DNA from: Adineta vaga
Lineage: Eukaryota; Animalia; Rotifera
Direction: 5' to 3'
Assembly (NCBI GenBank): GCA_021613535.1
Contig: CP075493.1
Coordinates: 4,278,001-4,342,000 of the forward strand
DNA length: 64,000 bases
Shown here: piece after piece, positions 1 through 12,541 of the stretch
How the letters are laid out: each line of letters starts with the position of its first letter
Numbering within the stretch: position 1 is the stretch's first letter
Notes under the pieces: model-generated
Told to the model about the DNA's origin: nothing
What the model saw: the letters and a program-made list of their open reading frames with translations, nothing else
Databases searched by the model: none
Made by a program: the position numbers and the translations under genes

Positions 1-262
1 GGAGAAATACTGCACTGTATACAGAATAAACTCTTCTATTCTTTTTTTTTGGAAATTAAGACATTGATTGTTATAGATATTTTTTCAAGAAAGTCAAGTA
101 TATCTTTTAGATTCCAAGAAAAGAAATTAAAATATCTTATTGTTAAATGAAAAGAATGAATTTATTATAATTAAGAAAAAGTAAAACAAATTATTTGTGT
201 GTTAGACTTAATAGGTATAAAAAAATTCGTAGTCTATTGTAATCCACGAGATATCATTGGAT

Positions 263-574
263 TTATTTGCCTGTTTTGATTTCCATACATTCATCAGGAC
301 GAAATCGTTTCTTGATACAAATATTTGGCTTACAACAGGGGTTGATGCCAAACTTGCATCGAACACAATCTTTACCGATACTAAGTTCCCGTGTGTCTAA
401 TGATCCAGCATCATCATCTTCTTCACTATCACGTGTTATAGAACGAAGAAACATTCGTGCTTTCTTGTCGGATAATTCCATATCATTGTCATTATCAAGA
501 AAGAGACGTTTGGCATTTGAAGTTGAAATAATGCACACGAAAGCAATAGCAGCAAGAAGAATAAATGTTTTCAT
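263..574 (-). CDS. Secreted cysteine-rich prepropeptide (knottin/toxin- or AMP-like)
   Basis: Hydrophobic signal peptide (MKTFILLAAIAFVCIISTSNA), acidic pro-region ending LDTR, basic C-terminal peptide with C-x2-C-x6-CC-x4-C-x9-C and terminal GK; TATA-like TATAAAA on the minus strand near 655. Confidence 0.8.
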   Translation of the reverse strand: MKTFILLAAIAFVCIISTSNAKRLFLDNDNDMELSDKKARMFLRSITRDSEEDDDAGSLDTRELSIGKDCVRCKFGINPCCKPNICIKKRFRPDECMEIKTGK

Positions 575-2088
575 ATTGATTTAAATAGAATCGAATGTTA
601 CCCTGGTTGTGATGAATATTAAACTGAAGTCTGAGAGTAATTCCGCGTCTTTTTATACTATCGTCTCATTTCTCCTTTAAGGCAATTATCAAATATTTAA
701 CTTATTCATCCGAAAGAAAGAATCACAGTATGTACACCGATCAGATCACAAGCACTCTTTTTTCGTTGTCGGCACTGTTGATATTATTCATGAGAAAGCT
801 GATAAACATAAGTATTAAGAGAAGCGAATATGTCGTCGTTATATATTTGGCATTATACGATGAATTAAACAGCACAGCTTACATATGAAAGCTCATATTT
901 CGTATTTCAAAATGATCGATACTTCATTTAATGTCATTGAGTACTTTTTATATATCTCTTTCTTTTTTTTTCTTCTAATCATGAATGATTATATAAACAT
1001 ATCTATTTCAACGAAATGATCTTATGTAGCAAATTGTCTAACATGAATAATCCGTATATTTTACAATGATCTACTATTTTGCATAACATATTGTAAAATA
1101 TATTCAATCACCATCATTACTCTTGTAACGACACGAGAAGGAAAAGACTTCATAACATAATCGACCAATCACCGTTTATTAATTTCTATTGACACAAGAA
1201 AAATATATTGTACTGGATAATTACGATAAATATCGTTTAATATTCTACAGAACGACTGGATACAAGAAATGATTAATCGCCAGGTTTCGAAATATAAAAT
1301 TCAAATGGGATCAATACGGACAGATTAGATTCTGATATGAATAATATTCACTCCGAAAATGTTTCAAGTTTCATAGTCTGTAAGATACAATCGATTAATA
1401 AATTCAATCCATGCCAGAGATCAGTAATTGTCAAGAAAAAAGCGAACGTTAGAACTCTCTTAAGACAATAACAAAAGAATTTGAAAAATCAACGATGTTG
1501 GATATAATTATATGTTGATAATGTTTGTCATTGATAAGATAAAGAAAACGATGGGTATTATGTGGGAAATAGTTTCATATGAATATTCTGAATGATAGTA
1601 TTTTTTTGAAGAAAATCAATTTTCAAAACAAAACTCATAGTCTCTAATACCTATCTGTTTCAAGGTGGAAATATTCTACAGATAGTAGAATATCAATGCG
1701 TACATTTCTTATTATAGTATTCCATCAAAATCATAAACTTTGACTTATTCTGAAGTATTCAAACATACAAAGGAGATTTGATCTTTTTCCAGTTTGCTTT
1801 CTATATTTAAAAAAAATGAAACTACACAATTTTGTTTTTTTCCATGCTGTTAAGTGGAAAATACCAACAAAACGTATTGCTTACTTTTTTCAGTATTGAG
1901 GAAAAGAATATGACTCATCAAACTATGTAGGAAGTAGGTAAAAACTAGGTTATGATTCAATACTATCAGTTACTACAGCACATGGTTACTTTTGTTCTTC
2001 ATCTATTTCTTTTTCAGGTGACGGCATGTTTGTAATAAAATAATATGTTTTTCTTTTAAGATTAATTTTTTCTAAACCAAAGATTGAA

Positions 2089-4023
2089 ATGAATCTGATT
2101 AAACGTTCGTACGATTTTTATGAAACTGATCATGTTTATTCAAAAAAGTCACGAAGTAAGTTACCTATTGAAAGATTATTCCTATATTTTTTCATCTTTT
2201 TTTTAGCGACATTCAGTACAAAATAGTAAGTCATATGAATTTTAATTTATACGAATTGTTTTTTTTTCGATATTTTATAGTAGTTCAATTCCTATCTGTT
2301 TTGAACATTTACCCAATGAAATTTTGTTGGAAATATTTGATTATCTCGATGCGTATGATATTTATCGTGGATTTTCTCATTTAAATATTCGTTTTTCTAA
2401 TCTTCTACTTCGTTCATCACTTCCATTAAAAACTCGAATTCGATATGAATCAAAATCAACTATTGAATATCGTTGTCGACATGTAATCATTCCCAATGTA
2501 CATCGTCTTCTTTCTCTTCATCTTCATACTGATTCAATTATTCATAATTTCTTTAATTATTGTAATCTTGATTCATCATTTACTCGTTTAGAATCTATTG
2601 TTCTTAATGGAGTACCCGGTATGAAACTTCTAATGATTCTTTCTTATTTACAATCGTTATCTCGACTCTTCTCGCTAACAATTCTATTGGAAGAAGATTG
2701 TCTTTATACTTTAAATGATATCTATCGATTAATATTTCGATTACCTGTATTAAAATATAATAAATTATCCTTATCAGAGTATGATGAAATCAATATTACG
2801 ATACCAATAATGATCAATCAAACATTCAGTACTATCGAACATTTAATCATTGATTTTACTTGTAATATTGATGAACTTACATCGCTTCTGTACTATACTC
2901 CTCGTCTACGATATTTAACATGTAAACGAATAAGTCAACCCGAAGAAATGAATCAAAAAGAATTGCCATTAAGTTTAACGAATTTAGTTCATTGTTCATT
3001 TATACTCGAGTTGCTGACTTTTGATTTATTTGAAGTATTTTTAAAAAAAATTTCTACACAATTACAATTCTTCCGTCTTCAGACATCGTTCGATAGAGAT
3101 TATCTTGATGAAAAACGATGGAGATCGTTGATCAAGAAACATATGCCTCATTTACAAACATTTCATTTTGAATATTATCAGATGATCGAATTCGCAGATG
3201 ATGACCTACCAAATCATGAAGCAATCAAACAATTTACTTCAACATTTTGGACTGAACGACAATGGTATTTTGAATTTAAAGATTACTTTGATCGACATCT
3301 CTATTTAATACATCCATTCAAGTAAGTAAAAGAGGAAGAAAAACAACAAAAATGATAACATATCTTCTTTTGTTTAGGAAAACTTGGTTTAATTCTTCTG
3401 AACATGAACAAATCATCAATGAAAATACATTCGATACTTCATTAACTATCGAAGGATATGCATCGGATACTTGGGATACATTCTCTTTTAATAATATGAA
3501 ACTATCTCTTCAAGCCACTGGATTTACACATTTAAATATTGATTGCAATGGAATTCTTATCAACATGTTCATTGAACTTATACGTCTATTACCAAATCTT
3601 ACTTCATTAGAAGTATCATCCTTACCAAGTACGCAATTAAATTTTCTATCGACTGAAGATAATGAAATGCTTCTATTAGTATCAATTACTAATCGAATTA
3701 CCAAAGTTCGAATCAATCGAATTGATATTGTAGATGATATGAATTTTCTAATGAATCTTTGTCCACGTATGAAATATCTTGAAGTAATACATATAACAAA
3801 CAGTAATCTCGAGAATATTCTTGGAACAATATCAATGAACAATATAACACGTATACCTTATTTAAATTGTTTATCCCTGTATACCGCGAAATCCAAGGAA
3901 ACAATTATCGATGATATACATCATATTATTGATTTTGAAAGACTTTTTCATATTGAGAATGCTTTTCGTGATTATGAATTTCAATGTATAGGACAGAAAA
4001 TCTATTTGAAATGGAGATTATAG
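2089..4023 (+). CDS. F-box / LRR-like protein, 4 exons (2089-2155, 2207-2225, 2281-3321, 3378-4023)
   Basis: F-box motif FEHLPNEILLEIFDYLD; GT-AG introns with matching phases join ORFs 2324..3325 and 3352..4023 and give an ATG at 2089. Confidence 0.85.
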
Positions 4024-4256
4024 AAAAATGTTTTGTTTGTTTCTTTTTTTTGAAAGTTTATCATATCAATTAACCTAAAAAATACGATAAAATTACATAA
4101 CATGAGGAATGTATATTGGAAATTCCCAATTCATTTGTATGACTCATTCTTTGTATGTTATCAAACACGTGTTTTTATTGGAACTGTATGCGTTATAAAA
4201 GAACGAAAAAAAATAGACTTTTTCTTTTATTCTTTTAGAGTAAAAATCTCCAAGAA

Positions 4257-6090
4257 ATGAAACGTGTTCGAAGTACAGATGAAGTATTCGAAAAACAAAC
4301 AAAAAAATGTAAATTAAAATAATTTTATTCAGAAAAATATTCGTTTTTTTTTAAAATTTTAGTGACAATATTAAAGTAAATATGAAAAGTATTGTTCTCC
4401 TTTTTTTTTATAAATCTATAAATATTCTTTTCGTTTGTTACAATCTAGTCGAGTTATTTCATATATCGAACAATTACCGAATGAAATTTTTTATGAAATA
4501 TTTACTTATCTTGAATGTTGTCAATTATTTGAAGCATTTAATAATCTAAATCAACGTTTTCAACACTTATTATCTAGTTCATATCTTTCATTTCATGTTC
4601 AACTTGTTTCAAATTCGATATCTATTGCTGAATATCGTGCAAGGAATATTATTGTGCCAAATAAACATCGTATTCTTTCACTTTCATTATTGAATGGTTG
4701 GTATGATGATCAAATCTTTTCTTTACTCAATATTGATTCATCATTTAATCAACTTGAAACATTAGTTCTAAAAAATATCAATGCTGATCAATTGATTCCG
4801 ATACTTTCTAATCTAATTTCTCTTACTCGACTTTTTTCTCTAACTATTTATTTGAATGATGTTCATCAAGATCTTGGAAATATCTATCAATTAATCTTTC
4901 ATTTACCTGTATTAAAATCTATTCGAATTTTAGCTAGAAAATATCCTATCTTTACTGAAATATTATCAACTACGAATCAACCATGTACTTCTATTGAATC
5001 TATGACCATTAATCATCGTTGTACTTATAGTATTATTCAATCTTTCTTTTCAATAACTCCACATCTATCTCATTTAATTTGTGAAGAATTATTATCTTCA
5101 AGTTTACTTTATCCATCAATAGTATTGTCGAAGTTAACACATATTTCGATTGGTAATTGTAAATTATCATTTACACAATTCATTATTTGTATTAAAAGAC
5201 ATTGTCCAAATGTTCAAGTCTTACGATTAATAACATCAAATGATATTACTTATCTTGATATTGATCGTTGGGAACAAACAATTCAGAAATATTTATCTCA
5301 CCTACGAAAATTTCATCTTCAATATTATGCAACGATTACTCAACATTTTTCATTCTTGCCACATTTATGGCAAATTAATGGAATCATTTCACCATTTTGG
5401 TTAAGTAAACAATGTTTATTTGAGTGTCTATTTGATATGAATAATCCTTCTAATGGTCAAATGGTTTATTCAATAAAATATTCGAAATCATACGTAAAAA
5501 ATCATCCATTAAATAGAGATAAAGTTAAATTATCCTTTTCTATGTTAGCTGATTGTTTAGATTCAATGAAATGTAATGATATAATTGCAAATAATCTTGA
5601 AAAATATCTTCTACAAAAACGATTTAATCATTTGAAAATTAATTGTCAACAAATATCGATTAATACCCTGATTAAACTTGTATATTGTCTATCGGAACTT
5701 TTATCTTTACAAATATCGAATTTATCCGTATCAAAATTGAGAAAGTTATCTTCGTATGAGAAAGAAATCGTTCGAATTACTTCGAGAAAGAGCAAAATTA
5801 TTGAAATCTCTCTTAAACAAATCATTGAATTCGAACAAGTTAAATTTTTCATCGATCTTTGTCCTCGTATAGAATATTTAAACTTAAATTGTCTACATGA
5901 TATCAATTTAGAAATACTTATTCGAAAAATACTCATTGAAAATATTTCTCATCTTCGTGAAGTATGTTTTCATGATTGGAAGGGTAATATGAATGATTTC
6001 AAAGCTATGATTAATCATCAAGAACAGTTTTGTAATTACACTATGAAATCTTTTGATAAGAAGATTTCTCTGTTTCGAAAAATGTATTAA
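4257..6090 (+). CDS. F-box / LRR-like protein, tandem paralog (exons 4257-4308, 4363-4375, 4449-6090)
   Basis: F-box motif IEQLPNEIFYEIFTYL; same phase-1/micro-exon/phase-2 5' layout as the upstream paralog; shared NLDSSF/NIDSSF and YxLIF-LPVLK blocks. Confidence 0.85.
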
Positions 6091-6957
6091 TTGTTTTTGT
6101 TTTTTTTTATAATTATAAACGAAGAAAAAAAATATATTCTTTCTTCAATTGTTATTGATTTAAAGTAATTCGGAGAAAATAACGCGTATTTGTTTTCTTA
6201 TAGACAAACGAACATTCTCGATTGCGATGAGTCAGACAGAGAAAATAAATGTTCGTCTCATCAATATTGCGAAATACGTTTTTAGATTGACATATATCAT
6301 TGTATTGTTATAGCGATTAAAACAAAAAACAACAACAAAGTCATATAATTGATCATCGTGTCAATAGATCAAAACATATGATTTGGCTCATTAATCTTTT
6401 ATTAAACGCATCCTTTTAACGTCTCGTTTAAAGTAATTATTTTTTCCTTTCATGCAAAAACACCTGTCAGTCAATAGATCATTGAATCTATACCTTTGCT
6501 TAGAAACAATGAAAACCAACAGCTGGGTATTGTGAATAAGAGTGTGGTTGTCGGGGTAGTGGTTATTGTGGTTAAAATTGTGGAAAAAAATTAAATTTAA
6601 AGCGGTGTGGTAGTAGGTGCGGCAAGAGATTCAACTTTTTTTTTTCGCTACATACATTATCTAATCAACGTATAAACACAGTTGTTGATCTTATAGATCT
6701 GATATCAATCAATCAATCATTAATAATTCGTATACAAGTCATTTTCTCTTGATCTTGAGGTTAGAGTGCACAAATAAAAGAAGAATGATGTTTAGAGTAT
6801 AGATTTTCGTTTATTCATTGGATAAGATAAGGAGAGAACATGAAGGAGGGGAACGAGAGGAGAGAGATTTTAGCCACATTCGTGAAGGAAAAGTACACTC
6901 AGATTCCAATGAGCTTTCGATACAATGGAAAAAGAACACACTAATGTCTATCAATAT

Positions 6958-7150
6958 TTAAAAGTATCTTGGATAGTAGACCGATGGTTGATAGAATCCT
7001 GGCCGAGATACCATTGATGCTTGAGCATAAGCACAGCTGGAACAGCCGGTTGTTGGAGCATTCAAAGCTGAATAGTATGTCGATTGGTAGACCTAAATTT
7101 GATTCAATCGAAAATCAACATTATCTATATATAATTATGAAACTTACCAT
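6958..7150 (-). CDS. Spliced 45-aa Tyr-rich microprotein MVYQSTYYSALNAPTTGCSSCAYAQASMVSRPGFYQPSVYYPRYF
   Basis: ATG|GTAAGT at 7150-7147, acceptor TTTAG at 7094-7093, open frame to TAA at 6960-6958; a second 5'-UTR intron (GTAAGT near 7253, AG near 7197) and TATAAA near 7310; locally GC-richer. Confidence 0.7.
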
Positions 7151-8179
7151 GATCGTTGAGGTAACTGGATTAAATGAGACGGATAGAGATGAGGCTCTAA
7201 ATGATAGGCAACAAAATTGTATAGACGAAAATGTATGAGAAAGGAATACTTACTTCGCTTGGATTGATGGGAAAGTGAGTGTGATTTTACCGCAGAAATT
7301 CGTCGCTTTATATACGATCAGATCGGACAGGGGTAAACAAATTCAAGGTGCATAATTGACAATGAATAATTACTACGGAAAAAAAGTATAGATAAGAAAG
7401 AACACGCGTGCAATGTATGTTTTTATCCAATCGAAGACAATAAATGCCCCTCGAATATTGGAGAGAAATAAAGGAGGGAAAAAATATATATTAGGTATTT
7501 GTATCGACGTCCGATTTTTAAGGACAAAATATGATATATATCTTTATATTGATGTTCGAACTTTTGCAAACTATTTCTCATTTTCTTTCAAAAGTACCAA
7601 ATTGAAAATGTCACAATATATCATCAATCTGATTACTCATATCGACAATTTATCAAAATGATCATTGACAATCTGACAAAATGATAATTTGATCAGATAA
7701 CTGAAAATTTATTTTACTTACGTAATTTATTCAGTATTTGTTACTGTTGCTAACAATGTGAACACATCTATCGAGATTTACTCTCCTTAAATTCATCATC
7801 GACAAATGTTAAAAGATGATAACAAAATCCTTTTCTTAGAAAATTCTCATATAAAATTTTTAGTTTTTCCAATATGACTATTTGAATGCTGTAATAAATA
7901 TTGCATCATACGACAAATCATACTCATCAGATAATGTATATGATTATTGGTCATAAACACGTGGCAATCATCATGAAGAATAAGTAACATATAAAAGTGC
8001 GTTTTTTTGATATAATCAACAAAACGATCTATGATATTTGCGTTTGTTTTTTTCATCTTAATATTTGTTTAAAAAGTACAAATCGTATTGTTATCGGAAA
8101 ATTTTTTATAAGATTAGAATAGTTGTTTTATTAGTATATATTTATATGTAGCACAAAACAAGAGAAACATTTCTAAGTT

Positions 8180-9300
8180 AATTCGAAATCATAGTAGTAA
8201 AATTCTATGCTGTCGTTGTAGATGATGGTGGTGGTGTATTGACATAAGTAAATCATTGAATAACTGGTTGATGTTTTTTTCTCGTCGATATCGTCTTAGT
8301 TCTTTACGTGTTGGATCAATTCCAAAACAGTATTTGAATATATCTATTATTATGACGAATAGAATTACACATCCTATTGCAAAAATTTCAATATAACCAA
8401 ATGATGTTGCAATTAGTTTATTCGTGTACTAATTGTTTTATCGATATTTGTAGTTTGATATAATAATATGATAACTACGTCATTTAGAATATCTCTCACT
8501 CTATAAGTTGTCTCTAAAACTCAACTTTACTGCGAAAGGAGCGATGCTAGTCATTAAATAATACTGCATAATGTAACGACGACAAAAATATATTTATGGC
8601 AAGTTTATTAATATCCGACTTGCGATTAACAAAAATTCCGAAAGGAAAACTAAGTATACTTGATGTCGATCCATTCGAACCATTACCTGCAACGATTTTC
8701 GATGGGATACTATCGTTTTGGATCACTTTATGATGATCTACTATGGAGCAATTTATGTTGGAATTAATTGAAACAAGAAATCCCGTACAGATACTACTTA
8801 TATTCGCAACAATTAATATTATTATTTTTATCGACACCATCAATGTCATTTGTTCCACTTCCGCGATAATCTGGCCTGCTGTTGTGATAATATATAGGTA
8901 ACCAGCATGATGGAAAGAACCATATGGGATTATACACAGGCCTATAAGGAAAAAATGTTTGCTTCGAATGCTTCGCTTAGTTTGGTGGCGACTAGTCGAT
9001 ATGTCACTGCTACCGCCATCACCATTATCATTGTATTGAGAGTAAAAATGGATATGGTCAATACCAGTATTAGATACATTAACAGGATAGAACGAAGAAA
9101 TAATACGTAAATAATGCAGAACTGTGCTTCCATTGTTCCAAATATAGACAATATAGAGAGTCGGCGAAGCCATATAGACAATGTTTTTCGTGTTGATAAA
9201 AAAATTGTACGATTGTTTAGCGATCATACTATTATCTACAAAACCTGTTACATTAGGATTCCATGATATCCTTAGACAGAATTTCGGCAAATTGTATGAA
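8180..9300 (-). pseudogene. Degenerate NHL-repeat protein relic
   Basis: Motifs PKFC..SWNPN and IVAGNGSNGSTSSILSFPFGIFVN are typical of NHL-repeat proteins, but the intervening sequence is frameshifted or scrambled. Confidence 0.55.
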
Positions 9301-9729
9301 GTAGGTAAATTATATAAGAATTTGAAAAGTTAATGTTTAATTTGAGAATTAAGAAGTTCTCAGTTTTTCTCATAGGTTTGCATTGTTATAATCAGAATAT
9401 GAACTTATTTGTCAATTGTCAAACAACTGATAAGCAATGATTGTACATTCACGAAACTATCCAAATTCTATAGATAATCTATCGACATTTAAAGAATGTA
9501 TTAAATAAGATATTGCCTCGTGAGGAAAAGACAATGACTCATATAAACAATACCTTTCATATTCGTTTATTGTGAAAATATACTTGTATAATGAAAATTA
9601 ACAATGAATTTCTCTCGAAAGATTTCAATAAAAAGATAAAACAGATTGATTAAATTAGTCATATCTGTCTTTTACTACTTTCAGTAATAATCATGTACCA
9701 CGAAAAGAAAATAGTCTTTGATAATATTT

Positions 9730-10560
9730 CATTGGAAAATCAGTTTAATGAAATAATTGAATATCTCATAATAAATAAACCAGTTTTGCTATGAAGAATC
9801 TAATCTTCCTAATCGATTTCGCATAGTTTTCATCTATTTTGAACGATCATTAAATCATTTATCATTTAAGAAATCAATACAGCTATAAATTCTTCTCTTT
9901 CTTTCAACTTTAATATCACTTGTTCATCTTATTGAATTAACCGTTAATCTATATTCATCTGTCCAAAACTTATAATTACCAATACGATTGATTTGGAAGA
10001 ACTTTGCAATCATACCATCTTATCTTCAGTTTAATCAATGATAACAAATGATTGTTCGATTATCTTTCTCATTTAAACAGATTTGATTTTGTTTACTATG
10101 ATTATTCCTAACATAATCATGGATTAGTTTCATAGAAGAAAAAGCTTATCGGTTTACATCACCATTTTGAGCAGAATGATTCTGAAATTTTGAAATTCTC
10201 ATTGATATTAATAAGATTATCTACATTATCCATTTATTCTTTGATTATATAGTCCGATATATTTCGATAATGTATATTAAACATTTAAATGTGGATTTTC
10301 AATATACACCCGTACGATCCATTCATGAAATTGATTCATATCACAATTAAATGCAGATCTTAAAAGTAAAAATATCTCAGAGTATTGAAAAATTGACATA
10401 TATTACTCGAGTACGTATTCGATCAAAATTGAATCTACTGTTGCTCATACATGTCATAAAGTCTATGCCACTGAATGTAATCTGAAGATATCAAGATTTT
10501 CATTTGTGCTAGTTGGTAATTCAAATTTTTAATTTAGAACCTTTCTAATAACATTATTTA
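9730..10560 (+). pseudogene. Possible decayed F-box/LRR gene
   Basis: Fragment SLENQFNEIIEYL near 9730 and CPKL near 9960; no long ORF. Confidence 0.3.
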
Positions 10561-11143
10561 TTCCTAAATGAAATCATCGAATTTAAATGACGCTATACAA
10601 TACTTCGTTTGTGTTTCTTTCAATGCGTATTTTATTACTAAATAACGACATTTCTTTCTACGTAGATCAATATCAAAAATAAATACACAGGCAGTAAATA
10701 AAGGTTGGTTTTTTTCTCATACTTACCACTTCATAACGTAAAGGCAGTTTTTTTGACACGATAAATAAATGAACACATGTTGGAAAAAGTTTTGAAAAAG
10801 ATCGATTTAATTTTCTGTCATTTGAAACTTGGTAAAAATCCAATGTAATTTGTAGAAAATTTTTAATGAGTGTAAAGTCCAAGTTAATATTTATCATTAA
10901 TTTTAGTTCTCGTATAGTATATATGTAAATGACAGAATGAGAAAATTCCAAGCGTTCTGTGTTTTTTTTCTTTTCTCCTTATTCTTTCATACGAGACTCA
11001 AAAACACTCCAAGGCGTCCTTTTACAAGTAGGGTTTTTTCCAACTACACTTTGACGAAGAAAAATTGAGAATAACCTTTTACACATCATGTTACATGTTA
11101 TTTAAGTTCTGAAATATGTTTTACCATTTTCATAAATATATCT

Positions 11144-12328
11144 ATGACTATGGTAGACGTGATGTCATCCAGCAAATTGAATAAATCTGACTCATCCAAT
11201 CATGCTTGTTTCTTACATGTCAGTCAAAAAGAAGCGAAAGAAACGATTGTATCTTCTTTAAACTCGACAATAAAACAAGACGAAATAGTACACAAACAAC
11301 AATATTCTTTGAATGAAGTAGATTCACTGCGTCAATTTCGAATTCGTACTCTATCTAATTGGCCACATTTTAAACCCAATGCTGAATCAATGGCATTGGC
11401 AGGATGGTTTTGCTGTAATTTAGTCGATCGAGTAATATGTATCTATTGTAACACGATTTGTCATGAATGGACAAAAGATGATGATCCAATTGCAGTTCAT
11501 GCTATACTTGCTCCTCATTGTCCATTTGTTCATTCTTTATCTGTAATAAAAACAGCACCAAAAATCGTCAATAATACCTTGGATAACAGATTTCAACCAT
11601 CACATCCAAACATGGCTGGAATCTCTCGTCGACAAGAAACCTTTTCGAATCCAACATGGAAAGATACTTCGCCAAGTATTGAAGATTTTGTTCGTGCAGG
11701 ATTCTTTTCTACAGGTATCTCCAATACAGTAACATGTTTTTATTGTAATGGTTCATTACATCAATGGGGAACGAATGATAGTCCAATGATTGAACACGTT
11801 CGATGGTTTCCAGATTGTACTTATGCAAGACATCTTTGCGGAGAAGAATTGTATGGAAAAGTATTGATTAGTAACAAACGAATGTTAACTGAGAATAAGA
11901 TCGATGAAAATGAACTAAAACGTTCAGTTGCAGCCAGACTTGATTTACCTGTTGTTCAACGTCTTCGTTCTCAATATTCATTAGGAATTATCAAACGTTG
12001 TCTTGAAGATCAATTAAAAAATAAAAATGATGATTTCGTATCGGATTTAGATTTCACAATGGCTTGTTTGATACTTCAAAAACAAATCGATATTATCAAA
12101 GGTTGTAAAGATAGAATTATAACTCCATCGAAACATCCGCAATTAGAAACTTCAATGAAATCATCAAAGCAATCATTAGGTGAATGTTTAATATGTCTTA
12201 CGGAAGAGAAAAAATTAGCATGTTTGCCCTGTGGACACCTTTGTGCTTGTGTTTCTTGCGGATATGCACTTCGTTCATGTCCTGTTTGTAGAGAAAAAAT
12301 TCAGTGTTTTTTGAGAATCAATTCATAG
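11144..12328 (+). CDS. Inhibitor of apoptosis protein (BIR-BIR-RING), intronless
   Basis: Two BIR motifs (CIYC..W..DDP..H..CPF; CFYC..W..DSPMIEH..CTY) and a C-terminal C3HC4 RING (CLIC..CGHLCACVSC..CPVCR). Confidence 0.93.
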   Translation: MTMVDVMSSSKLNKSDSSNHACFLHVSQKEAKETIVSSLNSTIKQDEIVHKQQYSLNEVDSLRQFRIRTLSNWPHFKPNAESMALAGWFCCNLVDRVICIYCNTICHEWTKDDDPIAVHAILAPHCPFVHSLSVIKTAPKIVNNTLDNRFQPSHPNMAGISRRQETFSNPTWKDTSPSIEDFVRAGFFSTGISNTVTCFYCNGSLHQWGTNDSPMIEHVRWFPDCTYARHLCGEELYGKVLISNKRMLTENKIDENELKRSVAARLDLPVVQRLRSQYSLGIIKRCLEDQLKNKNDDFVSDLDFTMACLILQKQIDIIKGCKDRIITPSKHPQLETSMKSSKQSLGECLICLTEEKKLACLPCGHLCACVSCGYALRSCPVCREKIQCFLRINS

Positions 12329-12541
12329 ATTTTAGTAGACGTTAAAATAAATAAATGGTATGCCCGATTTTCAGGGCAAATATTATAACTTTGCTGATTT
12401 CTTCTTGTTTTACTATACTCATATAATATACATCGATTATTTCAAAAATTTAAATAGTGATGTTCTTTCACGATTGTATTCAAAAGAAAGAAAATTATAA
12501 AAAACTTCCCACAATCATCAAATACTAGTTAATTTTTTCAT

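Noticed and set aside
267-584. Plus-strand 105-aa ORF and similar shadow ORFs (3510, 5646, 14469, 32003, 32654, 48023 etc.)
   Set aside because: They are antisense to well-supported genes and show no motifs.
6969-7238. Plus-strand 89-aa ORF
   Set aside because: TTG start and antisense to the spliced minus-strand microprotein, whose splice signals are all on the minus strand.
11030-11042. NF-kB-like GGGTTTTTTCC upstream of the IAP
   Set aside because: It is a single degenerate match with no conservation evidence.
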